This document shows, piece after piece, positions 9,329-18,046 of a stretch of 64,000 nucleotides of DNA (positions within the stretch are counted from its first letter, which is position 1; the number at the start of each line of letters is the position of its first letter). The notes under the pieces are model-generated. The model was not told where the DNA came from and made no database searches. It saw only the letters and a list, made by a program, of their open reading frames with translations. Made by a program: the position numbers and the translations under genes. Origin of the DNA: Bacillota bacterium (lineage in GTDB: Bacteria > Bacillota > Clostridia > Peptostreptococcales > Anaerovoracaceae); the NCBI GenBank assembly GCA_017941085.1, contig JAGAXF010000020.1, positions 36,386 through 100,385 on the forward strand, in the 5' to 3' direction.

Positions 9329-10741
9329 ATGAGGAATAAAAGCATACGATTCAAAATAATGATAGGCTTTACAATCATGCTTCTAATTACGGCTGGACTG
9401 ACCTTTCTCATTTCCAGATTTGCCAGCAGCGTGGTCCTAAGGGGTACCATAAGAAATTACCTCATAGGAATGGTGGAGGAAAACACAAATAAGATTGCCT
9501 ATGTGGAACCAAAGGAAAAGCCGGAAGCAACGGTGGGAAGTATGTTTATTGAATATGGAGATGGATATCTTCAGATAGACAATGACTTTCTGGATAAGAT
9601 AAACGATGTACATGCTGCCCTATATGAATCGGATGGATCCATGATCTACGGAGAGAATCCCCTGGAGAAGCATATTAATGATACGGGATTTGCAGCCTCA
9701 AGAATTTGGTCCATAAAGGTAAACGGCGAGCAGTACGATATTTATGACAGGCAGCTTAACATAGAGACTCCCGATGGTGCCACCTTGTGGATAAGAGGAA
9801 TTCTTTCCAGAACCAACAGCGTGGCCCAACTTAATGAAATGACCCGCATTTCTTTAATAGCCATTCCGGTGCTCCTACTGCTTTGCCTGGTGATGGCATA
9901 CTTCTTAATAGATAAGCTTTTTGCTCCTCTTAGAAGTATAGAGAGGACTGCAGAGCAAATATCCGAAGGATATGATCTTAAGAGAAGGATAGAAGTGAAG
10001 AATACTCAAGACGAGGTGGGACATCTGGCAGTTATGTTTAACGGCATGCTGGACAGATTGGAAAGAGCCTTTAATTCCGAGAGGCAATTTACCTCCGATG
10101 CATCTCATGAGCTGAGAACACCTACAGCGGTAATAATGACTCAAGCAGAGTATACGCTGGAGAAGGAAAGAAGTGTTGAGGAATATATTGATGCCATGGA
10201 GGTAATCCACAAGCAAAGTCACAGAATGAACGACCTTTTAGGAGATATGCTGGACTATACCAGAATGGATCAGAAATCCGACAGATATGAAATGGAGAAA
10301 CTGGATATCTCCAGGCTGGTTACAGAAATATCCGATCAGATGACTTTGTTAGGGGAAAAGAATATTCATCTAACGGTAAACGTTGAGCCTTGGTTAAAGG
10401 TAAATGGAAACGAAGTGCTGCTTACAAGAATGCTTCAGAACCTCATTAGCAATGCCTACAGATATGGAGTACAGGACGGAAATATAAGAGTGAAGCTAGA
10501 TAAGGTGGGAGAGGATGCGGAACTGGCCATAATAGATGACGGTATCGGAATATCAAAGGAAGACCAGGAGAAAATCTTTGATCGATTCTTCCAAAGCGAC
10601 TCATCCAGAAGCATTCAGGGAACAGGCCTGGGGCTTTCAATGGTAAAGAAAATAGTTGAGCTCCATAAGGGAGAAATAGAAGTGGAGAGCGAAGAAAAGC
10701 AGGGAAGTATATTCAGAGTCAGAATTCCTTTATGCAACTGA
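9329..10741 (+). CDS. HAMP-domain sensor histidine kinase
   Basis: Two TM segments, HAMP, SHELRTP H-box, NLISNA, DDGIG and GTGLGL boxes. Confidence 0.93.
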   Translation: MRNKSIRFKIMIGFTIMLLITAGLTFLISRFASSVVLRGTIRNYLIGMVEENTNKIAYVEPKEKPEATVGSMFIEYGDGYLQIDNDFLDKINDVHAALYESDGSMIYGENPLEKHINDTGFAASRIWSIKVNGEQYDIYDRQLNIETPDGATLWIRGILSRTNSVAQLNEMTRISLIAIPVLLLLCLVMAYFLIDKLFAPLRSIERTAEQISEGYDLKRRIEVKNTQDEVGHLAVMFNGMLDRLERAFNSERQFTSDASHELRTPTAVIMTQAEYTLEKERSVEEYIDAMEVIHKQSHRMNDLLGDMLDYTRMDQKSDRYEMEKLDISRLVTEISDQMTLLGEKNIHLTVNVEPWLKVNGNEVLLTRMLQNLISNAYRYGVQDGNIRVKLDKVGEDAELAIIDDGIGISKEDQEKIFDRFFQSDSSRSIQGTGLGLSMVKKIVELHKGEIEVESEEKQGSIFRVRIPLCN

Positions 10742-10864
10742 CAGGATCTAAATAGTCTAAACCAACGGAAAAACATTTTAAGATATTTTCTTCGCTAATA
10801 ATATTTTAATAATCATTCTTTAAACTAGACCTATGATAAGGGGGTTGGCCCCGAAGGAGGTACT

Positions 10865-12025
10865 ATGAAAAAGACAACAATAGCAGCAATTGCATTGGCG
10901 GGTATCGTGCTTCTGGGAAGTAGCGGAGTATACGCCACAGGGCAGATTGCAAGAAGCAACGCAATTACGGAAAACGATGCAGTAAACTTTGCCTGTGTGG
11001 ACGCAGGTGTATCACCTGATGAGGTGTTTGTAACAAAGATAGAATTCGATTTTGATCATGGAAAATTCGTATATGAAATTGAATTCAATGTAGACGGAAC
11101 AGAATATGACTATGTGGTGGATTCATCCAATGGATATGTGTTGGATAAGAGCACTGAAAAGGTGTATAACGGCGCCTTCAATAATCAAGGGAATGCAGTT
11201 ACCATAACACAGCCCCAAGGTCAGACATTAAACAACCTTCCTGCAACGGATATCATAGGAATAGAAAAGGCCAAGGAAATAGCCCTTGCCAATGCAGGAT
11301 TAAAGGAAGCGGATGTGGTATTCAGTAAAGCAAAACTTGAGAGAGATGACGGTAGAACAGTTTACGACATAGATTTCTATGTATACGGAAAAGCCGAATA
11401 CGGATATGAAATCGATGCAACCACCGGTACAGTCTTGGAGGAAGGCTTTGAAAACTGGGAAAAGGAAGACGAAATAGAGTATGCTCTTGCAGCAAAAACC
11501 GCGGAAGGTGGAAGCAATGCAGCCTCTTCCTCAACAGGAACCTCCGGTTCAGGTAGTTCCACTGCAGCAGCTCCAAGCACTCCCGCCAGCTCCGGTTCTT
11601 CCGGAAGCTCTTCCGGCGGCAAGACTAACAGCAGCTCAGCCAGCAGTGCTTCTAATAGTTCAACCAGCAGTTCTTCCAATAGTTCTGCCGGCAGCAAGCC
11701 TGCAGCATCAACACCGGCACCGGCTCCGACCCCGGCACCGGCTCCGACCCCGGCACCGGCTCCAACACCGGCACCGGCACCGGCAGAGCCCAGCACCATC
11801 AGCAGCGAGTCTGCCAAATCCATAGCCTTAGGCAGAGCAGGGGTATCAGCTGGATCAGTAGTATTCGAAAAAGTTAAACTGGAAAGAGATGACGGCACAA
11901 TGAAATACGACATCGAATTCTATGTGGCAGGTAAGGCAGAATATGATGTAGAAGTAGATGCGTATTCCGGAGCAATCCTTGACTTCGATTATGATGAATA
12001 CGAATACGACGATGACGATGATTGA
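10865..12025 (+). CDS. Secreted multi-PepSY-domain protein with Ser-rich and Pro-Ala-Thr linker
   Basis: Signal peptide; three copies of a (K)LExDDG...YxIxF...EYxYxIDAxxG motif; acidic C-terminus. Confidence 0.85.
   Translation: MKKTTIAAIALAGIVLLGSSGVYATGQIARSNAITENDAVNFACVDAGVSPDEVFVTKIEFDFDHGKFVYEIEFNVDGTEYDYVVDSSNGYVLDKSTEKVYNGAFNNQGNAVTITQPQGQTLNNLPATDIIGIEKAKEIALANAGLKEADVVFSKAKLERDDGRTVYDIDFYVYGKAEYGYEIDATTGTVLEEGFENWEKEDEIEYALAAKTAEGGSNAASSSTGTSGSGSSTAAAPSTPASSGSSGSSSGGKTNSSSASSASNSSTSSSSNSSAGSKPAASTPAPAPTPAPAPTPAPAPTPAPAPAEPSTISSESAKSIALGRAGVSAGSVVFEKVKLERDDGTMKYDIEFYVAGKAEYDVEVDAYSGAILDFDYDEYEYDDDDD
11711..11782 (+). repeat. Four tandem 18-bp coding repeats (TPAPAP)
   Basis: ACACCGGCACCGGCTCCG / ACCCCGGCACCGGCTCCG units, in frame. 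Confidence 0.85.
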
Positions 12026-12060
12026 TTATAAACTATAGGTTATATATTATAATCTAAAAT

Positions 12061-12088
12061 AGGAGCCACCTCTTAGGTGGCTCCTTTT
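12061..12088. terminator. Intrinsic terminator between the convergent PepSY and rubrerythrin genes
   Basis: AGGAGCCACC-TCTTA-GGTGGCTCCT-TTT. Confidence 0.8.
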
Positions 12089-12184
12089 AGTTGGATCTAC
12101 TAATGTAGATTAATTTTTATTTACTTGCTACGATTCTATTCTTTAGGCAAAGTAGCTATTTTTGGCTGACTGCGATTCTGCGGC

Positions 12185-12727
12185 TTAGCCAAAGTATCTC
12201 TTTAAAAGTCCGGCGAAGGCTTTTCCGTGTCTTGCCTCGTCTCTGGCCATTTCGTGAACGGTGTCATGAATAGCATCAAGACCTTCTTCCTTTGCTCTTT
12301 TGGCTAGATCGAATTTACCCTGTGTTGCTCCGTTCTCAGCATCTACTCTCATCTCAAGGTTTTTCTTGGTGGAGTCTGAGAGAACCTCTCCCAGAAGTTC
12401 TGCAAATCTGGATGCGTGGTCAGCTTCTTCAAAAGCAGCTGTCTTCCAATATTCGCCGATTTCAGGATATCCTTCTCTAAAAGCTACACGGCTCATTGCC
12501 AGGTACATGCCAACCTCAGTACATTCTCCAGTGAAGTTTTCTCTAAGACCCTGCATAATGTCTTCCGGTGCACCCTGTGCCACGCCCAGAACATGCTCTG
12601 CAGCCCAGGTCATTTCGCCTTCATTCTGCTGTGTAAACTTTTCGGCAGGTGCCTTACATACAGGACACTCCTGTGGTGGCTGATCGCCTTCATGAACGTG
12701 TCCGCAAACTGAACATACCCATTTCAT
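12185..12727 (-). CDS. rbr: Reverse rubrerythrin (N-terminal rubredoxin domain, peroxidase)
   Basis: CSVCG..CPVC followed by [18 protein letters not shown] and DEARHG diiron motifs. Confidence 0.92.
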   Translation of the reverse strand: MKWVCSVCGHVHEGDQPPQECPVCKAPAEKFTQQNEGEMTWAAEHVLGVAQGAPEDIMQGLRENFTGECTEVGMYLAMSRVAFREGYPEIGEYWKTAAFEEADHASRFAELLGEVLSDSTKKNLEMRVDAENGATQGKFDLAKRAKEEGLDAIHDTVHEMARDEARHGKAFAGLLKRYFG

Positions 12728-12880
12728 AATTGTTTCCTCCTAAATATTTCATTTGCTAAATAAAAAAATCATCTTGTGATATTTTTATTCTACCACAAAA
12801 TGATTCCTTGTAAACAAAAAATGATAATCAAAATCAAAAATTTTCTAGAATATTGAAATGTTAGGGTATTCTAACTATTA

Positions 12881-13396
12881 TCAGTCTTCTACAAGAACCC
12901 CAACTTTTCTTAAGGCATCACATACTCTGCCAAAGGTCTCGGCGTCCTGACAGCCAATCTTGTGCATATGGAGACCACCGGAAAGGGTGCTTAATGGTCT
13001 GTCTTCTCCGGACATTCTTTCAGCAAAGAGTCTTACATCGAACTTGGTGCTGATATCAAGCTTACCGGTTATCTCGCCATAAACTGCGTGGTCAATGGTT
13101 ACATCAATACAAGTAGCGCCACATTCAACAATGGCGTTTAATTCCTCTGCTACTCCTGCTGCATCATGTTTACAAACTATAACACCCACAAACGGGAAGG
13201 TGGCTCTGTCGTCACCCATGATATAGCCTCTGGATGTGGCTTCGATAAAGTGTCCTGAAGCTCTCAGGATAGATATATCGCCTACGATAATCTGTCTGCT
13301 TACATCAAACATGGATGCTAAGGATGAAGCGGTAAGCGGCGAACCTGCCGTTACCAGGGCACTTAAAATAGCATTGCGTCTTTCGCTTGCTGTCAT
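12881..13396 (-). CDS. NiaR/YrxA-like transcriptional regulator (HTH_11 + 3H domain)
   Basis: VSRQIIVGDISILRA HTH; CKH, IDHAVYG and HMHKI His motifs. Confidence 0.88.
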   Translation of the reverse strand: MTASERRNAILSALVTAGSPLTASSLASMFDVSRQIIVGDISILRASGHFIEATSRGYIMGDDRATFPFVGVIVCKHDAAGVAEELNAIVECGATCIDVTIDHAVYGEITGKLDISTKFDVRLFAERMSGEDRPLSTLSGGLHMHKIGCQDAETFGRVCDALRKVGVLVED

Positions 13397-13578
13397 GACA
13401 ATATCCTTTCTTTCCCCCTACATATATATTTACATTTCTTTGTTTAACAAATCAAATGTTTGTAGTATACTTGTAGGTGTAAATATACTACATATTATAC
13501 AGTATATAGTAATGAATGTATAGAGATAGTTGTGTTACTATCAACAAAAATAAAAGGTAGCAGAAAGGGAGAATAATA

Positions 13579-13809
13579 ATGGCTATTGAAACAAAAAATG
13601 TAACTGAAGCCTTGGATCAGATCAGACCCATCCTTCAGAGAGACGGTGGGGATATTGAGCTGGTAGATGTTGTAGATGACGTAGTTAGAGTAAGACTTCA
13701 GGGTCATTGTGCAGGATGCCCCGGAGCCAGAATGACCTTAACTCACGTAGTTCAGCAGATTTTGGCCCAGGCATGCCCGGACTTAAAAGGCGTAGAGGCA
13801 GTAGAATAA
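13579..13809 (+). CDS. Stand-alone NifU/Nfu-type Fe-S carrier domain
   Basis: IRPILQRDGGDIEL and GHCAGC (CxxC) motifs. Confidence 0.9.
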   Translation: MAIETKNVTEALDQIRPILQRDGGDIELVDVVDDVVRVRLQGHCAGCPGARMTLTHVVQQILAQACPDLKGVEAVE

Positions 13810-13826
13810 TAGAGGCAGTAGAATAA
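13793..13826 (+). repeat. Perfect 17-bp tandem duplication spanning the nifU-like stop codon
   Basis: TAGAGGCAGTAGAATAA twice (13793-13809 and 13810-13826). Confidence 0.9.
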
Positions 13827-13838
13827 AGGTAAGAAACG

Positions 13839-15320
13839 ATGGAAAAAAAGGACTATTTGGCAAAGATAGAGGCAAATATGGAGGAGGAAATTAGTTTTCT
13901 CCAGAAACTGATACAGTTAAACAGCGAAGAACGTCCTGAAGAAAAAGGACCCAATGGGGAGGTATATCCCTTTGGTAAAGGGGTGTATGATTCCCTGGCC
14001 TTGACCCTGGAAGAAGGGGAAAAAATGGGCTTTGTCCCCAAAAACGTGGACAATTACGGAGGACACATCGATTGGCTTGCTCCCCTGGAGGAAGGTGAAG
14101 AAAAGCCAAAGACCATGGGTATTCTGGGGCACCTGGATGTGGTGCCTGCAGGAGAGGGCTGGAGTTTTGAGCCCTATAGCGGCGCCGTGTCCGATGGATA
14201 CATATACGGAAGAGGAACCACCGACGACAAGGGACCGGTGGTGGCAGCTCTCTTTGCCATGAAGGCTTTAAAGGAAGTGGGCTATACCCCGGCAAAGAAT
14301 ATTCGAGTCATACTGGGCTGCGATGAAGAAACCAATTGGAAGGGAATGGACTACTACCTGGAAAAGGAAGGAACCCCGGACTATGGTTTCACCCCTGACG
14401 GAGATTTCCCTGTAATCAACGGAGAAAAGGGAATAGCCAATTTTGACATTGTTAGAAAGATAAATGACAGAGAGGCCAAGGGGTTAAATCTAAGAGCCCT
14501 GGAAGGGGGTTCTGCCAAGAACATGGTTCCGGAAAAGGCCAGAGCCCTTCTGAATTCCACGGAAAAGGGTGCCTACGACAAGATCAAAGAGAAACTGGAG
14601 GATTTTAAGGCCACCCATTTGGAGATTAACGGAATTGAACCCATTATTACAGGAAAGCCTGTGGGAAAGAGCTATGAGGTTTCCTTTGAAGGTAAGTCCG
14701 CCCACGGAGCCCACCCTGAATTGGGACTTAATGCAGTGTCTCTGCTGATGGAATTCCTGGGAGAACTTAATTTTGCCAACGAAGAAATCAACGACACTGT
14801 GGACTTTTATAACAAGCATATTGGATATGATGTATATGGCCAGAGAATCGGATGCCAGCTGGAGGACGAAAAAAGCGGAAAGCTGACCTTCAACGTGGGC
14901 GTACTCAGCTTTGACAAGAAGTCCATAACCATATCCGTAAATGTCCGTTATCCGGTAACAAAGTCCGATGAGGATTTCTATCCTAATGTATCTGAAATTG
15001 CAGGAAGATATGACCTGGGAATAGTTAAATATCCCAGCCAGGAACCTATTTATTTCGATGTGGATTCGCCAATGATTAAAACCTTTATGGAAATCTACAG
15101 AGAGAATACAGGCGACATGGAAAACGGCCCCATCACCATAGGAGGAGGGACCTATGCAAGATCCATGAACAACTGTGTGGCCTTTGGTGCCCTGTTCCCG
15201 GGAGATCCGGATCTGATGCACCAAAGGGATGAAAGATTGGCACTGGACAGATTGGAGACCATGACAAAAATCTACGCTGATGCCATTTATAAACTGACTC
15301 AGCCGGATTTTGAAATGTAG
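13839..15320 (+). CDS. pepV: Dipeptidase PepV (M20 metallopeptidase)
   Basis: GHLDVVP, GRGTTDDKGP, CDEET and GGGTYAR motifs. Confidence 0.9.
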   Translation: MEKKDYLAKIEANMEEEISFLQKLIQLNSEERPEEKGPNGEVYPFGKGVYDSLALTLEEGEKMGFVPKNVDNYGGHIDWLAPLEEGEEKPKTMGILGHLDVVPAGEGWSFEPYSGAVSDGYIYGRGTTDDKGPVVAALFAMKALKEVGYTPAKNIRVILGCDEETNWKGMDYYLEKEGTPDYGFTPDGDFPVINGEKGIANFDIVRKINDREAKGLNLRALEGGSAKNMVPEKARALLNSTEKGAYDKIKEKLEDFKATHLEINGIEPIITGKPVGKSYEVSFEGKSAHGAHPELGLNAVSLLMEFLGELNFANEEINDTVDFYNKHIGYDVYGQRIGCQLEDEKSGKLTFNVGVLSFDKKSITISVNVRYPVTKSDEDFYPNVSEIAGRYDLGIVKYPSQEPIYFDVDSPMIKTFMEIYRENTGDMENGPITIGGGTYARSMNNCVAFGALFPGDPDLMHQRDERLALDRLETMTKIYADAIYKLTQPDFEM

Positions 15321-15326
15321 CAAAGT

Positions 15327-15746
15327 ATGAGGGAAGTATTTATTCCTAACCGGGAAGCCACAGAGGCCTTTGGGCTGGAACTGGCTGAAACCTTAAGGGC
15401 CGGAGATGTGCTGGCTCTCATGGGGGACCTGGGAACGGGAAAAACAACTTTAACAAAGTATATAGCAAAGGGGCTTGGTATCACTGAGTTGATTACAAGC
15501 CCTACTTTTACTATTGTGAACGAATATCATAGCGGCAGGATACCTTTATATCACTTTGATGCATATAGGCTCGAAGGAGCTGAAGAGGCATTTGAAACGG
15601 GAATAGAGGAGTATTTCTATAAAGATGGAATTGCCATTGTAGAATGGGCGGAAATTATAGCGGATATTTTGCCGGATGAAACCAAGTGCATTTTTATGGA
15701 ATACGGAGATAATCCCGGAGAGAGAATATATAAATGTACATTTTAG
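15327..15746 (+). CDS. tsaE: t6A biosynthesis ATPase TsaE
   Basis: GDLGTGKTT, SPTF, HFDAYRL and VEW motifs. Confidence 0.95.
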   Translation: MREVFIPNREATEAFGLELAETLRAGDVLALMGDLGTGKTTLTKYIAKGLGITELITSPTFTIVNEYHSGRIPLYHFDAYRLEGAEEAFETGIEEYFYKDGIAIVEWAEIIADILPDETKCIFMEYGDNPGERIYKCTF

Positions 15747-16498
15747 GATTTGAAACCACAGGGCCCCTGGGATCGGCGGCAATAATAGAAATTGAAACAG
15801 GAGAGGTTAAGACTCTCCTTATTAACGAGCCCATGAGTCATTTGAAAAATGTTGCGTCCCTGGGGGAAAGGTTGCTGCAGGAGGAAATATCCACAGGCAA
15901 AGTGAGAGATAATCTTGCTGCAGTTTCTGCCTCCATCGGTCCCGGCTCCTTTACGGGAATCAGAATTGGAGTGACTTTGGCCAGGAGTATTGGCCAAGCC
16001 CTTGAAATTCCGCTTATTTCTGCACCCACCCTGGAACTCTTTCGCGAAAGATGCACTTCTAAAGACAGTAGTGTTGCAGTTATTCTAAATGCCAGAAGGG
16101 GTCAGGTGTATGGAGGAGTATTCGCATATTCCGAAAACCAGGTGAAGGACCTGCTTACTCCCGGACCTTATATGCTGACGGATGTCCTTACAATTACCGA
16201 TGAACATCCCGGAACCATATTCTATGGTGATGGAATTGACTACTACGATGAGGAGCTTAAGGAACGAGAGAAAAATAAGACCTTAGTATATGCAGGGGAA
16301 GATATTAGATATCAAAGTGCAGACATGGTAGTTAGACTTGCCCTGGAAAAATATAAAAGAGGAGAGATTCTTAATTCTCCTTTGGAGCTTCTTCCGGATT
16401 ATATGAGGCTTTCAGAGGCGGAACAAAAACTGAAGGATGGCACTCTTCAAAAGCTCAGAGAAGAGAAAATGGCGCGATTCATTAAACACAATTCATAA
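15734..16498 (+). CDS. tsaB: t6A biosynthesis protein TsaB
   Basis: GPGSFTGIRIG and NARRGQVY motifs; gene context. Confidence 0.93.
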   Translation: MYILGFETTGPLGSAAIIEIETGEVKTLLINEPMSHLKNVASLGERLLQEEISTGKVRDNLAAVSASIGPGSFTGIRIGVTLARSIGQALEIPLISAPTLELFRERCTSKDSSVAVILNARRGQVYGGVFAYSENQVKDLLTPGPYMLTDVLTITDEHPGTIFYGDGIDYYDEELKEREKNKTLVYAGEDIRYQSADMVVRLALEKYKRGEILNSPLELLPDYMRLSEAEQKLKDGTLQKLREEKMARFIKHNS

Positions 16499-16499
16499 C

Positions 16500-16958
16500 A
16501 TGGAAGATTTTTTTTTTAGAACAGCAGAAGAAAAAGATGTACCAACCCTTTTGGAATTGGAAAGGCTCTGCTTTTCCGATCCCTGGTCAGAGGATTTAAT
16601 CAGGGACGACGTGGTTAAGAATCCTATTTCTTCCTATCTGTTGGGAGAAATAGAAGTACAAGGGATTAGAACCATAGTTGCCTATCTGGGAATTTGGGTG
16701 GTGAGAAATGAATGTCAAATTAACAATGTGGCAGTTCATCCGGATTACAGAGGAAGAGGTATCGGTAAAAGAATACTTACAGAAGTATTGGAAATTACCC
16801 AGGAGCTGGGGGTGGTATACTGGACCCTGGAGGTAAGGAAGGGCAATGATCCTGCTATTCTTCTATACAAGTCCGCCGGCTTTAAGGAAGACGGTATAAG
16901 ACCAAATTACTATGAAAACGGAGAGGATGCTTTGCTTATGAGCAAAGAGATTAGTTAG
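16500..16958 (+). CDS. rimI: Ribosomal-protein-alanine N-acetyltransferase
   Basis: NVAVHPDYRGRGIG, LEVRKGN, LYKSAGF and RPNYY motifs. Start reassigned to ATG 16500. Confidence 0.9.
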   Translation: MEDFFFRTAEEKDVPTLLELERLCFSDPWSEDLIRDDVVKNPISSYLLGEIEVQGIRTIVAYLGIWVVRNECQINNVAVHPDYRGRGIGKRILTEVLEITQELGVVYWTLEVRKGNDPAILLYKSAGFKEDGIRPNYYENGEDALLMSKEIS

Positions 16959-16969
16959 AGAACATAATT

Positions 16970-17983
16970 ATGAAGGAAAGATTTTTAACTTTGGCAATTG
17001 AATCCAGTTGTGATGAAACTGCTGCAGCCGTGTTAGATGGCGGCAGACAGGTTCTTTCCAATGTTATCAGTTCTCAGATACCCATACATGAAGCCTATGG
17101 TGGCGTGGTTCCGGAGATCGCTTCAAGGCATCACCTTAAAAACATTAATCCGGTGGTGGATAAGGCTCTTAAGGATGCGGGAGTAGGTTGGAAGGACATT
17201 GACCTTATTGGCGTAACCAATGGTCCCGGGCTTATTGGGGCCCTGGTAATTGGAGTTGCTGCAGCAAAGGGATATTCCCTGGCTACAGGAATTCCTTTGG
17301 TGGGGGTAAACCATATGTATGGACATGTATGCAGCAATTTAATTACCTATCCCCACCTGGAACCTCCCTTCCTTTGCTTGGTTGTATCGGGAGGTCATAC
17401 CAATATTGTGGAAATGGAAAGTTATACAAAATGCAAAGTCCTGGGAGGAACCAGAGATGATGCTGTTGGCGAGGCCTACGACAAGGTGGCAAGGGTTATA
17501 GACCTGGGTTATCCCGGTGGTCCCAAAATCGACAAACTGGCAAAGGAAGGTAATCCTGAGGCCATTCATTTTAAAAGGGTTTATTTGGAGAAGGACAGCT
17601 TTGACTTTAGCTTCAGCGGCATCAAAACCGGGGTTCTCAATTACGTAAACTCTGAGAAACAAGGGGGAAGAGCCATTAATACTGCAGATGTTGCAGCAGG
17701 ATTCCAGGAGGCCGTGGTGGAGGTGCTGGTGGCAAAGTCCGTAGAAGCAGCCAAGGCCCTGGGAGAAAAAAGACTGGTGGTGGCAGGGGGAGTGGCAGCC
17801 AACAGTAGATTAAGAGAAGCCCTAACCCGGGAATGCGAAAAAGAAGGTATCAAGCTCTACCTTCCTGAAATAGGACTTTGTACGGACAATGCAGCCATGA
17901 TTGGTTCCGCTGCCTATTACAAATATATAGAGGAAGGTCCTGACGATCTTCTCATAGATGCCTATGCGGACTTGCCTTTCTAG
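16970..17983 (+). CDS. tsaD: t6A threonylcarbamoyltransferase TsaD
   Basis: IESSCDET, GGVVPEIASRHH, VSGGHT and TDNAAMI motifs. Confidence 0.97.
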   Translation: MKERFLTLAIESSCDETAAAVLDGGRQVLSNVISSQIPIHEAYGGVVPEIASRHHLKNINPVVDKALKDAGVGWKDIDLIGVTNGPGLIGALVIGVAAAKGYSLATGIPLVGVNHMYGHVCSNLITYPHLEPPFLCLVVSGGHTNIVEMESYTKCKVLGGTRDDAVGEAYDKVARVIDLGYPGGPKIDKLAKEGNPEAIHFKRVYLEKDSFDFSFSGIKTGVLNYVNSEKQGGRAINTADVAAGFQEAVVEVLVAKSVEAAKALGEKRLVVAGGVAANSRLREALTRECEKEGIKLYLPEIGLCTDNAAMIGSAAYYKYIEEGPDDLLIDAYADLPF

Positions 17984-18046
17984 TTTATTTGATTTAGGAA
18001 AACACACTTTAATAAATAAGAACTAAAATATTTAATTGGTAAAGAG

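Noticed and set aside
11711-11782. Short tandem repeats as a possible CRISPR array
   Set aside because: No spacers; in-frame Pro/Ala/Thr linker; no cas genes in the window.
16437-16499. Apparent 62-bp tsaB/rimI overlap or frameshift
   Set aside because: Explained by an over-extended ORF call; ATG 16500, immediately after the tsaB stop, gives a normal-length RimI.
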